The notes below the pieces were generated by a model. That model did not search any database. It worked only from the letters and a program-made list of their open reading frames with translations, and had not been told where the DNA came from. A program made the position numbers and the translations under genes. Of a stretch of DNA of 64,000 bases, positions 49,938-59,800 are shown one piece after another; position 1 is the first letter of the stretch, and every line of letters starts with the position of its first letter. This DNA comes from a bacterium (GTDB taxonomy: Bacteria; SAR324; NAC60-12), in NCBI GenBank assembly GCA_965209155.1, contig OZ242383.1, positions 1,600,001-1,664,000 on the forward strand, read 5' to 3'.

Positions 49938-50035
49938 TTACCCACCCCGTCCGCTCCGCGTCCACCCCTCCCAAGAGGGGATATGAAATTTTGCCTAGAA
50001 AGTCCCCTCCTTGGAGGGGATTTAGGGGTGGGTAA
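49938..50035. repeat. REP-like nested inverted repeat
   Basis: Outer TTACCCACCCC/GGGGTGGGTAA; inner CCCCTC-CCAA-GAGGGG and TCCCCTCC-TT-GGAGGGGA. Confidence 0.75.
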
Positions 50036-50109
50036 AAAAAAGGGAACTTCTCGAATCTACGAATTCTTTATTAATTTGAATAGGTATCCACCATGAAAGG
50101 AGAACAACC

Positions 50110-50988
50110 ATGAGCGATTTTGAATATATCAAGACGGACCACGTCGGTACCGATGGACGCGTCGGCCGTATCACCCTCAACCGACCGGAGAAAATGAACG
50201 CGCTCTCCGAGGAGTTGCTGTATGAACTGAACGAGGCGCTCCACGACATGGAGGCCGACAGCGACGTACGCGTGATAATCGTGCGCGGCGAAGGCAGAAC
50301 CTTCAGTGCAGGTTACGATCTCACGCCGTCGCGCGGGGGTGCGGACGCGGTCGTCCGCAGTCACAAGCAGCGAGACGCGAAAGATCGCCGGCTCCTGATG
50401 GGTCTCAGGACCGGCATGCAGCAGATCACCGATATCCACATGTATTTCTGGAATATGGCGAAGGTTACCATTGCGCAGGTGCACGGCTATGCGATTGCCG
50501 GCGGCTGCGAACTGGCGATGATGGCCGATCTTGTCGTTGCCGCCGAGGACGCACAACTCGGACACCCGGGAGTGCGCCTCGGTACCTCCCGAACCGGGGT
50601 TATCTGGCCACTCGTCATCGGCATGCGCAAGGCGAAGGAGTTGTATTACACGGGAGATAACGTCACCGGCAAGGAAGCGGAGGAGATCGGCATGATCAAC
50701 TACGCTTGGCCGCTTGAGGAACTGGACGAGAGAACCCTCGCGTTTGCCGACCGGCTCGCGATCATGTCCGCCGACCATCTCGCGATCCTCAAGGTCAACA
50801 TGAATCGCTTCTACGAGAACATGGGAATCTACTCGTCCGTGCGCAGCAGTACCGACCTCGACGCGATGGGACAGTGCACCGAGCGCACCTACCAGTACCA
50901 GGACATGATGCGCGAGCATGGGCTCAAGGACGCGCTGGCCTGGCGCGACGGACCGTTCAAAGGTAGTGATACCTACAAGAAGAAGTAG
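50110..50988 (+). CDS. Enoyl-CoA hydratase/isomerase family protein
   Basis: ITLNRPEKMNAL, FSAGYDL, IAQVHGYAIAGGCEL; SD AAAGGAG. Confidence 0.93.
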   Translation: MSDFEYIKTDHVGTDGRVGRITLNRPEKMNALSEELLYELNEALHDMEADSDVRVIIVRGEGRTFSAGYDLTPSRGGADAVVRSHKQRDAKDRRLLMGLRTGMQQITDIHMYFWNMAKVTIAQVHGYAIAGGCELAMMADLVVAAEDAQLGHPGVRLGTSRTGVIWPLVIGMRKAKELYYTGDNVTGKEAEEIGMINYAWPLEELDERTLAFADRLAIMSADHLAILKVNMNRFYENMGIYSSVRSSTDLDAMGQCTERTYQYQDMMREHGLKDALAWRDGPFKGSDTYKKK

Positions 50989-50993
50989 CTCGG

Positions 50994-51026
50994 AAAGGGG
51001 TCAAGTATTAATTTGTCTTTTATTTT
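50994..51026 (+). repeat. 33-bp GGGGTCAA repeat, copy 1
   Basis: AAAGGGGTCAAGTATTAATTTGTCTTTTATTTT; 32/33 identical to 54299-54331. Confidence 0.85.
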
Positions 51027-51036
51027 CTCGATTGAA

Positions 51037-51321
51037 ATGAAGGAGCGGGTCGTGATGATCTGGCACACCCTCAAAAATGCCCTCATCCCGGTTATCCCTC
51101 TGATCGGTCTGCAGTTGCCGATCCTGGTGGGGGGCGCCGTGATCATGGAGAACCTCTTCAACCTGCCGGGGCTCGGTCGTCTCCTGGTGAATGCCCTCAA
51201 TGACCGAGACTACCCGATGGTCTCCGGAGTCAACCTCTTTTTCGCCACCGGGGTGGTGGGGCTCAATCTCCTCATCGACCTGATTTATCCCTATCTGGAC
51301 CCGAGAGTGCGGTATGAATAA
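51037..51321 (+). pseudogene. 3' remnant of a second DppB-like permease
   Basis: HTLKNALIPVI..GGAVIMENLFNLPGLG..RDYP..LDPRVRY only; 5' two-thirds missing. Confidence 0.85.
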
Positions 51322-51508
51322 GACCAGCGGGCGGTGCCTTCCCAAACACCCGCCATTTTTTTAACATAATGACCTCTGTGATGGGGGACTTCTGTGGTGG
51401 TTCCCTGTCTTCTGCCTTCCCTGTCCTGAAACCATGTCCAACCTTGCTTTTATATGATCTTCAATGGGGGTAAGCGCCATGAGATGGGATCCGTCTGTCA
51501 AAATCATA

Positions 51509-52327
51509 TTAGTCCGATTGCAATTTTCGCAATAAAAGTGCTCTTTCTTCGCGACTCATTTGATTCACCACCTTTTCCAAAACGTCAATTTTATTCGGTA
51601 TCTTTTTTACGACTTTCGCGAATTCTTCAGCAGTGGCCTGTTCCATAAAGGCCAGCACCGTCCTTTCTTCTAATTGTTCTAGAGTTAAACCCGCCATACT
51701 CAATTCCTTTCCTAAGCGTTGTGTAAAAATATGAACGATCCCTCTGAAAGATTGCCAAAAGGGATTGCCGATCATTCGCTGGATTGAACGAAGATAATAG
51801 TGCTTTTGACTGGCAAACAGTTCAAATACATCGTTGGCTTCTTTATCTTCCATTTCATTGGGAACCAACAGGATGATCGTTAAAAAAGATAAACGGACCT
51901 GATAAATCCCTTGGGCTTCTTGCTCGATACAATCCGGGATTTTCGCTATTAAACCTTGGGGTACTTTGGCAGAGACGGCAAAAACACTGAGTTGTTCCCG
52001 AGCAATCTCTTCTTGTTCTCGGTAGAGTTTAGCATAAAGATCCGTTTTCTCCAACTCGTCATAGCCATAGGATTCATGAATGGATTTAAAATCAATCAGA
52101 TTATGGTTGTTCAGGTGATTTCGCACTCCGTCAGGGAGCTTGGTTAATGCTTGCTTTGACAAGACAGACCCTTGCCGAATCACAACCACATCCACCTTCA
52201 TGGGATTTTTCGCCACTTCGTATTCGGGGATGACCTGCAATCCTAAAGGTGTCCAGCCGTATTTCAGTACTTGTCCAAAAGCATTGTGCCAGTTAAAACG
52301 AGTTTTTCTCTTTTTCATGAGAAACAT
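51509..52327 (-). CDS. PD-(D/E)xK nuclease-like protein (Rpn-like architecture)
   Basis: WHNAF..EYEV..PMKVDVVVIR..HNLIDFKS..; helical C-terminal tail after an internal SD-ATG. Confidence 0.6.
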   Translation of the reverse strand: MFLMKKRKTRFNWHNAFGQVLKYGWTPLGLQVIPEYEVAKNPMKVDVVVIRQGSVLSKQALTKLPDGVRNHLNNHNLIDFKSIHESYGYDELEKTDLYAKLYREQEEIAREQLSVFAVSAKVPQGLIAKIPDCIEQEAQGIYQVRLSFLTIILLVPNEMEDKEANDVFELFASQKHYYLRSIQRMIGNPFWQSFRGIVHIFTQRLGKELSMAGLTLEQLEERTVLAFMEQATAEEFAKVVKKIPNKIDVLEKVVNQMSREERALLLRKLQSD

Positions 52328-52576
52328 TATACCCCAGGTGAAGAAAACAGCAAGAGATCTTTTCTCTTCTCGATCTTCTTCTTTCCAAGGGTGCCCCTTG
52401 TCAAGCGTTCAAAAAAAGGGGTCAAATCCTTTTTTGCTTTATCCAAGGTTTAAATGTGGGGTAATCTTTTGATACTCTTTGCTCGGCAGAGGATCTTCCA
52501 CTCCAGGGGACATCGTAGCGACCCTGACTGGCGAGCAGGACTAGTGGGAGGTATCGCTTGTGAGGGGCAGAGAATT

Positions 52577-53425
52577 TTAGCGGGGATCAGCATCTTTCTT
52601 TTGGAGGAGAGCCCGCAGTCGTTCAACTTCCGCAAGCGCTTTTTCTTCTCTTGCCAAGGCAATTTTTTCTCTTGCCAAGGCGTTTTCTTTCAGTTTTCGC
52701 TCTTGTTCTTTTTGCTGACGCTCTTGTTGGAAGCTTTTCAGGAGGAAGGGTTGATAGAGAGGATCCTCAATTAATCTTTCAAAGGCCACCTGTTTTTCTA
52801 AATCCTCCAGACGAAAAGCGAAACGATCCAAAACCCGGGAATGAATCACCCCGGGCTCTTTGTGCTCCATCGTTTCATAAACCCCCTGCTGATTCAGAAA
52901 ATAGAAGGCGGTGTGCTTGCGCAAACGGTCTAAAATATAATATTCAGCCACCCCTGCTTTGGCGTATTCTTCTTTTTTGTGGACCGTATCCCGTTCCACC
53001 TCCGCAGGAGTCGAGTCGGATAAAAACTCGATACAGAGATCACACACCCCATGAAACGAACGATCCAACGGTTTGGCCTCGACAGGATTGGAGTGGAGAA
53101 TTACGGCCAAATCCGGTTTGCGAATACTCACCTTTTTCTTTCCCAACTCCAAACGAAAGCCCATTTCCAATATCATGATCTGTCCGATGGGAAAGACGGT
53201 CAAATATTCTTCTAATAAGCGCGAGAACCATCGATAGAGGGAGATGCTTAGAAAATCGGGCATAGGTTTTTCCTCCAAGAGGCCATTGTTCCATTCATAT
53301 GAACGATCCGGGTATTCATAATACGTCTTCCAATACTCAGCCTCACTCACCCTGAGCGGCTCCTTGGCAGAGAGAGGCAACCGTGTTGGAGAGGAGTAAT
53401 TTTTGACGGATTCTAAAGTAGTCAT
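52577..53425 (-). CDS. Uma2-family endonuclease with coiled-coil tail
   Basis: YEWNNGLLEEKPM, RKPDL, DLCIEFLS..RD..KKEEYAKAGVAEYYILD; tandem ALARE heptads. Confidence 0.88.
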   Translation of the reverse strand: MTTLESVKNYSSPTRLPLSAKEPLRVSEAEYWKTYYEYPDRSYEWNNGLLEEKPMPDFLSISLYRWFSRLLEEYLTVFPIGQIMILEMGFRLELGKKKVSIRKPDLAVILHSNPVEAKPLDRSFHGVCDLCIEFLSDSTPAEVERDTVHKKEEYAKAGVAEYYILDRLRKHTAFYFLNQQGVYETMEHKEPGVIHSRVLDRFAFRLEDLEKQVAFERLIEDPLYQPFLLKSFQQERQQKEQERKLKENALAREKIALAREEKALAEVERLRALLQKKDADPR

Positions 53426-53520
53426 GATGTCCTCGATGGGAAGGAGAGGTGAAATTTGTCGTCTTTTCAAAAACATAACACATTGTGCGGAGGACAGCAA
53501 TTTTTCTTGACTATGGTCGT

Positions 53521-54294
53521 TCAGCCTTTCCAAGGGAAAAAGGTTCCTTTCAGGGTCCTTTTTCCGATTATTTCACGATCAGGGTGGAGCAATTCTTCCC
53601 AGGGAATGACTCGGCGGTTGGCATCCGGATGGTTTTCCAGGTAATCATATTTATAGAGCCTGAGTTTGGCAGCCACATTGAGCCACAAGAGCACCACAGC
53701 GATTCCAGGTAGCAAGAAACCTGTTACAATTGAAAGAATGAACAACACACCACTGCCTATGAATGTGCTAATAGAAAAAAATGTATTGTCTAGAAAAAAT
53801 AACAAACATTTTTTGAAATTCTGAACCAATGTTGGTTGAAGACGTGCTTCAAGGGGGAAAAACCATTGGAAAATCAAAAGAATAGCCAGCATGATCCAAA
53901 AATAAATCCCTGAGGGGATCATTTCCCAAAGGGAATGGGTTGGTTGATAGGAGGAACTGAGCAGAGCTAAGGGTAGGAAAAAAAAGAAAAGAAAAGCTCC
54001 CAAAAACAAACTGGTTTTATAGCTGCTTTTGAAGAACTGAAAAAAATCATCCCAGCCGACGGAATGATAATCTGAAATGGTTCGAGTCACCTGGGCAATG
54101 ACACCGGTATAAACAAAAAACAGTTCGACCTTCAGAAAAAAAACCAGAAAGGAAACCAGCAGGGAGTCAGGATACGGCGAGGAAATGGAAAGGAGCAAAA
54201 CCAAGACAAGAATGTATCCAAGATTGAGTAAAAAGAAAAAAATGAAATTGTCCCACCAATCAAAAAAAGTCTTTTTGATCACGAATGAAAACAT
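53521..54294 (-). CDS. Hypothetical polytopic membrane protein
   Basis: Several hydrophobic helices; conserved-looking IKKTFFDWWDN and IPWEELL..R.LKG.FFPWK ends. Confidence 0.7.
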   Translation of the reverse strand: MFSFVIKKTFFDWWDNFIFFFLLNLGYILVLVLLLSISSPYPDSLLVSFLVFFLKVELFFVYTGVIAQVTRTISDYHSVGWDDFFQFFKSSYKTSLFLGAFLFFFFLPLALLSSSYQPTHSLWEMIPSGIYFWIMLAILLIFQWFFPLEARLQPTLVQNFKKCLLFFLDNTFFSISTFIGSGVLFILSIVTGFLLPGIAVVLLWLNVAAKLRLYKYDYLENHPDANRRVIPWEELLHPDREIIGKRTLKGTFFPWKG

Positions 54295-54298
54295 AAGA

Positions 54299-54331
54299 AA
54301 AGGGGTCAAATATTAATTTGTCTTTTATTTT
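54299..54331 (+). repeat. 33-bp GGGGTCAA repeat, copy 2
   Basis: AAAGGGGTCAAATATTAATTTGTCTTTTATTTT. Confidence 0.85.
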
Positions 54332-54725
54332 AGGTGATTGCTCGCATATGTCTTCTTTTCAATGCCTTTTGATAATTTCTCTGACTTTCATAAAAGAATT
54401 TGAACGAGTGTCGGCACAAAGTATGGGTTCACCGTATCAAAGATTCAGTTAAGTAGCAAAATTAGAAATGTGGCCAAGAGATTAGAATACAGAACGTCTG
54501 AAATAACCGGTTTCCCTTTAAAAAGAATTTGATTCACATCCCGATAAAAGTCTTCTAATAATTGGAATGCTGATACAAACTCATATTGGATAGTTTCGGT
54601 TGCTCTCGTTCTTTTTCAAAGAGTTGACAGGCTTTTTGAAGAGCCTCGAGGTGGGGAATCGGTGGATTCTCTGAAGATCTCTGAATAGAGACCCTATTTC
54701 TTGTTGTTTTGTTCAAAAGTAAAAG

Positions 54726-55394
54726 TCAAAAAACACGAAGCAACGTCAGTCCATCGGAAATGGGCAGCATCACGCATTCGACCCGGGGGTCCTGGACTAA
54801 TTTTTTATTCAATGCTTTAACCGCAAGGACATGCGGTTGATCGTTATGGGGTTCGATAACCTGCCCCCAGAGGAGCACATTGTCCAGTAAAATGATGCCA
54901 CCTGGTCGAATCCGTTTTAATATTTCTTCATAATAATAATTTTGGTTTTCCTTATCCGCATCAAGAAAAGCCATATCAAAATCACGTGTTTCCGGAAGTG
55001 AACGCAAAGTTTCCAGGGCAGGAGCAAGTCGCAGATCTATTTTTTCAGCCACCCCTGCTTTTTTCCAATATTTTTGGGCAACGGCGGTCCACTCTTCGTT
55101 GACGTCGCAGCAAAGGAGATATCCGGAATCTTGCAGTCCTCGGGCAATACATAAGGCTGAATAACCTGTAAAGGTTCCCACTTCAATAGCTCGCTTCGCA
55201 CCGATCAAACGAGCCAGCATCGTCATAAAAACTCCTTGCTCCGGAGCAATTTGCATGATAGCGAGATCACCGATTTGCTTCGTTTCTTCTATCAGTTCCT
55301 GCTGCAGAGCATCTGGGGGATTACCATGTTGAACCAAATAGTTATAGAGATCTACAGTCATTGGTAGAGTTTTTGGTCGATCAGTCTTGTACAT
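54726..55394 (-). CDS. Cation-dependent SAM O-methyltransferase (caffeoyl-CoA OMT-like)
   Basis: MQIAPEQG, IEVGTFTGYS, FLDADKEN, DNVLLWG, LPISDGLTL. Confidence 0.92.
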   Translation of the reverse strand: MYKTDRPKTLPMTVDLYNYLVQHGNPPDALQQELIEETKQIGDLAIMQIAPEQGVFMTMLARLIGAKRAIEVGTFTGYSALCIARGLQDSGYLLCCDVNEEWTAVAQKYWKKAGVAEKIDLRLAPALETLRSLPETRDFDMAFLDADKENQNYYYEEILKRIRPGGIILLDNVLLWGQVIEPHNDQPHVLAVKALNKKLVQDPRVECVMLPISDGLTLLRVF

Positions 55395-55553
55395 AGATTT
55401 CTTTTTCTGGTTGAAGTATGCGATTGATCTATTGCAGAATAGTTTAGAATATTCTGAAATAACTTGTTCCGTCTTGCCAATTATTCTCACCTTTGGATTT
55501 TTCTCAATATCATATTTTAAACCACCATGGACATAAGAGTATTTTTATAACAG

Positions 55554-56834
55554 TCATGCAGGTTCAAGCTCTTCAATGATGGATTTGAGAAAAAGAAAGG
55601 TATTTTGCAGGAGCGAAAAAATGGGTACTGCCAAGAGGGCGCCAGGTATCCCTGCAACGAATTCTCCGGCAACCAAGGCAAAGACAACCAAAGCAGGGTG
55701 GATATGTGCTGCGGTGCCCATGATCTTTGGATTGAGAATATTTCCTTCAATGAAATGAATAAATAGGATCCAGCCAATGATCAATAATGTCGTAGGGAAA
55801 GAAACGGTCAAGGCCATAATTACAATGGGAAAGGAGGAAAGGAAAGTACCAAAGATGGGGATCAGTGAGCAAATTGTGGCCACCAAGGACAGGGTGAAAA
55901 CAAATGGCACTCCAAATATGAGCAGTCCGACTCCGGTGAGGAATCCGTTGATCAGACAAATCAAGACTTGCCCGCGAACGACGCCATTCAATCCTTGATC
56001 CAAGCGTTGCAGAAATTTTTCATAGCCTGCATGGTATTTGGGGAGGAACAACGAACGTCCGAAACGGAGAACTCGTTCAATATCAATCAGAATGAAGGCT
56101 GAAATCATCAGTGTTAAAAATAGCGTGAAGATCGATCCCGCAATTTTGGTCAAAATTTGACGTCCGAAATTGAGAAAGTTGACTGTGTTTTCCTGAATTC
56201 GTTCCACGGTATGTTGGATTGCCGACGAAAAATGTTCTCGTAAATCCAGCGGTTTTGACTTTTCCTGAGGGCCAGTAATTTTACGATGAGGAATGATTTC
56301 CATTCTACCCGAATCCAAGGGGCGGATTTCATAAGTGTATTCTTCCAGTGCGGCAAAATAAGGATTATTGATGTTTGAACTGATATTTTGATTCGTGGAT
56401 GATTCTTGCAAGGGACCTTGCGGAAAATTTTCCAGGTCAACCGGGTCCGGCATCAGAGCAGCCCATTGATTCAGTCTTTCATTGATCACTGGGAGCCAAG
56501 TTTGCGCGCTTTGATTGATAGCACGCGGCATCTCTTTGAGCATTTGCGTGATCTCATTGGAAAGATTGGGAATCAGATAGGAACCGCCACCGATTAGAGC
56601 ACCAAGCATGACAATGTAAACTATTATCACTGCCAGTCCGCGAGGCATTCGGTGCCCCTTCAGCTTCCACTGGTGCATCTGTTTGATGACCGGAGAAAGT
56701 AGATAAGCCAAAAAACAAGCGAGGATGAAGGGAAACAGTATGTCATTTAAAAAAATAACAATGCAGATCAATGCGATAACGATAAGGACTGCGATACAAA
56801 GCCGCCCCCATTTTTTAAAAAAGGGAATCGTCAT
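55554..56834 (-). CDS. AI-2E family transporter
   Basis: PFILACFLAYLLSP, VRGQVLI, IPIFG, IEGNILNPKIMG..IHP, GALLAVP. Confidence 0.92.
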   Translation of the reverse strand: MTIPFFKKWGRLCIAVLIVIALICIVIFLNDILFPFILACFLAYLLSPVIKQMHQWKLKGHRMPRGLAVIIVYIVMLGALIGGGSYLIPNLSNEITQMLKEMPRAINQSAQTWLPVINERLNQWAALMPDPVDLENFPQGPLQESSTNQNISSNINNPYFAALEEYTYEIRPLDSGRMEIIPHRKITGPQEKSKPLDLREHFSSAIQHTVERIQENTVNFLNFGRQILTKIAGSIFTLFLTLMISAFILIDIERVLRFGRSLFLPKYHAGYEKFLQRLDQGLNGVVRGQVLICLINGFLTGVGLLIFGVPFVFTLSLVATICSLIPIFGTFLSSFPIVIMALTVSFPTTLLIIGWILFIHFIEGNILNPKIMGTAAHIHPALVVFALVAGEFVAGIPGALLAVPIFSLLQNTFLFLKSIIEELEPA

Positions 56835-56860
56835 GGGGTTTGTCCACCGTAAAGTTGTGT

Positions 56861-59800
56861 TTAAGCAGATTGGAGAGTTTCTTCCGGTTCGATGACAAAT
56901 AACAGATCACCCCGACTGACGGTTTGTTTGTTTTCGGGAATGATTTTTTTGATACGGTAGAATGAGCCCTCCAGGTAAAGCTGTTCTCCATCACCTCCCT
57001 TATAAGCTTTCAACGTCAATTCATTGAAGACTTTCATCGATTCCAGCAAACAAAGGGTTTGTCCGATATCAATTTGTTGTCCTTCCTCAACAAATACCGG
57101 GTCGCTCGGGGAGGATGAGCGATAGAAAGCGCCAGTTTGGGGAGAAAGAACTTTAAGTTCCCTTGAGTCTGGAATGGCAATTGTTTCCTGGTCGATTGCA
57201 GGTCCTGTGTTTCCCGCGTAGTTTTGGGTAGTCTGGATCAATTTGTCGATATCAATTTGTTGCAAAAAGGTATTCAGAAAACCAGTATCGTACTCTCCTG
57301 ACTGGAAAAGTTCATTTTCCAAAATCGCCTTTGCCAGTGCGAGGTTGGTAGAGATTCCAGTGATGCGAATTTCTTTTAAATAATCCAGAAGCGTTTGAAT
57401 GACATCTTCACGGGTTGGGCCATGGGCGATTATTTGGGCAATCAGGCTATCATAATAGGGAGGAACCGTGTTTTTACTTTTAACAGCAGAAATTGAGCGG
57501 ATTTTCGGGTGAGGTGGTAATTCCAATTCTGTGATAGTTCCAGGATCCGGGAGGAAAATAAGCGTGCCATTCGCATTGATTTCTATTTTTTCTGCATTCA
57601 CTCGCAGTTCGATTGCATGTCCATTGTTCTCGAAAGAAAGATCCTTGATGTTGCCACCTTCAGCGATTTTAATTTGATTTTGAACAAGATCCACTCCCGA
57701 TACGATTTCGGTGACCGGATGTTCAACCTGCAAGCGGGTATTCATTTCCATAAAATAAATCTGTTGATCGAGACGATCATAAATAAATTCAACTGTACCT
57801 GCGCCAATGTAGTCTATTTCGTTGATGATTGATTCCGTGTATTGGTAAAGTTGCTCAACGATTGATTCGGGGATTTGCCTCCCGACCGACTCTTCTATCA
57901 ATTTTTGATAGTTGCGCTGCACCGTACAGTCCCTCATGCCCAGTATTTTGGTGTTACTGTGGCTGTCCCTCAAGATTTGCACTTCGATGTGCCGCATGGA
58001 AACGATATATTTTTCCAGGTACAGATCCCCGTTACCAAAGGCATTCAATGCCTCCTGAGACATTTGCGAGAAGACGTCGACGATCGACTCGGTTTCCTCA
58101 ACCACCCGAATTCCCTTACCACCCCCTCCATGGACGGCTTTAATCAAGATAGGGAATCCGATTTCCCGGGAAATCGTTTCGGCCTGAATGGGATCTGCAA
58201 GCGCACCCTCACTTCCTGGAACTACCGGAATGTTCAGCCGCTTTGCTGTTGCCAAAGCATTTGTTTTGTTGCCCATCAGATCTATACTGTGGGCACTTGG
58301 ACCTATGAAATTGAGTTTGTGCTCCCGACAAATCCTGGCGTACTGGGACGATTCTGAGAGGAAGCCTATGCCGGGATGAAGCGCATCAGCCCCTTCCTGT
58401 TCTGCAATTAATATAATACTTCCAGCATTGAGATAGCTTTCCTGAGGTGTGTTGCCTCCCAGGCAAATAAGACGGTCTTTATTTTTTAGCAGTCGAGCCG
58501 GATAGCTGTCCATGTCCGGGTCGGATTGCACAAGGACCACTTCCAGACCCGCGTCATGGGCTGCATGAATCAATCGTGTTGCAGTGCAACCACGAGCGTG
58601 AATCAACAAACGTTTGATGGGAGCCAAGTTCAATTTTTCTTCGAATGTTTTCGCGAAGGTGTTTTCTTCCGGATTGAAATATGGGCGATACTCGCCGGCC
58701 AATATTTTGGAAATCACTTCCTGCACTGTCAATTGGGCCATTGGAATTTGAGGATCGGCTTCTTTCAATTTGGCATCAATGGCTTCATCAAAAGGATTGT
58801 GAACCAGCCCTTCCATACTTCCATGAATTTTAGAAAGATAGTTGGACAATACCGTATTCATGGGAAGGTGACTCTCCACTACCAATTGACCGGCAAAGGA
58901 CATGATGGTCCCTGAGAAGTAGTAGGTTTTGACCAGGCGATGCGTGACGAAACTGGCTTGTGCGCCACCCACACAATCCCGGAATCCGAAACAGATCACA
59001 GGCAATTCGTTGTCTTTGATAAAGCGGGTGATGCGGTCGTTTAAAACAGGCATGGAAAAAAGCGCCCCTGCACCTTCTTTGGTTTGCATACCACCTGCGG
59101 AGATAAACAGAATGAGCGGCAGTTTATGTTTCGTGCATTCGGCGAGTAGTTGACAAATTTTCTCACCACTTGCCATGTCAAAAGCGCCTGCTTGGAATGC
59201 AGTGTTGCTGATAGCCAGTCCAAACCGATTGCGTTGATTGCCATCCACGAAGGTGGCTAATCCAGTGATAGTCCCACATGGAGTCACACCTTTTTGCAAA
59301 GCCTGCTCGATAGACTGACGAAATCCAGGGAATTTTACGGGGTCGATGGTGATTCGATCCTGGTACAATTCTTCAAAATCCTCAAAAAAATAGTCGATGA
59401 TGCGTTGAGGGGTAATGAATTTCTTTTTATACTCACGGAGCAAGTCTTGAATGAGGAGGTCTTTATAAGCTCGGTCCAAGCGATTCCAAAAATCCTTGAT
59501 GCCGATATTGCGAGGTGTGATCTTTCCGCTGAATTTGTTTTGTTTCCGCAAATCGCTTGACTGCCTGACGGTATTCAAGGCAGGAAGTAAGGTAGCAAAA
59601 TAATAACGCACCAATCCAAATAATGGTGGACTGAGACGAGGAAACGCACGTTGTTTCCATTCGCTGATCGTGTGCATGATCTCATCACAGTTTCTTTGAG
59701 TTATAAAAAGTTGCAACCATTTGAAAAATCGTTCTTTGGCATCGGTTGCTTGAAGATCGAGGGAGCGGTTTTCAAACTCCTGAATGGCTAAATCGAAGGA

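Noticed and set aside
50071..50919. 282-aa antisense ORF, and similar antisense ORFs at 35994-36815 and 39045-39878
   Set aside because: Shadow frames of GC-rich genes with no recognisable motifs
52646..52681. 21-bp-period repeat in the Uma2 gene
   Set aside because: Ordinary coiled-coil heptad expansion common in this family
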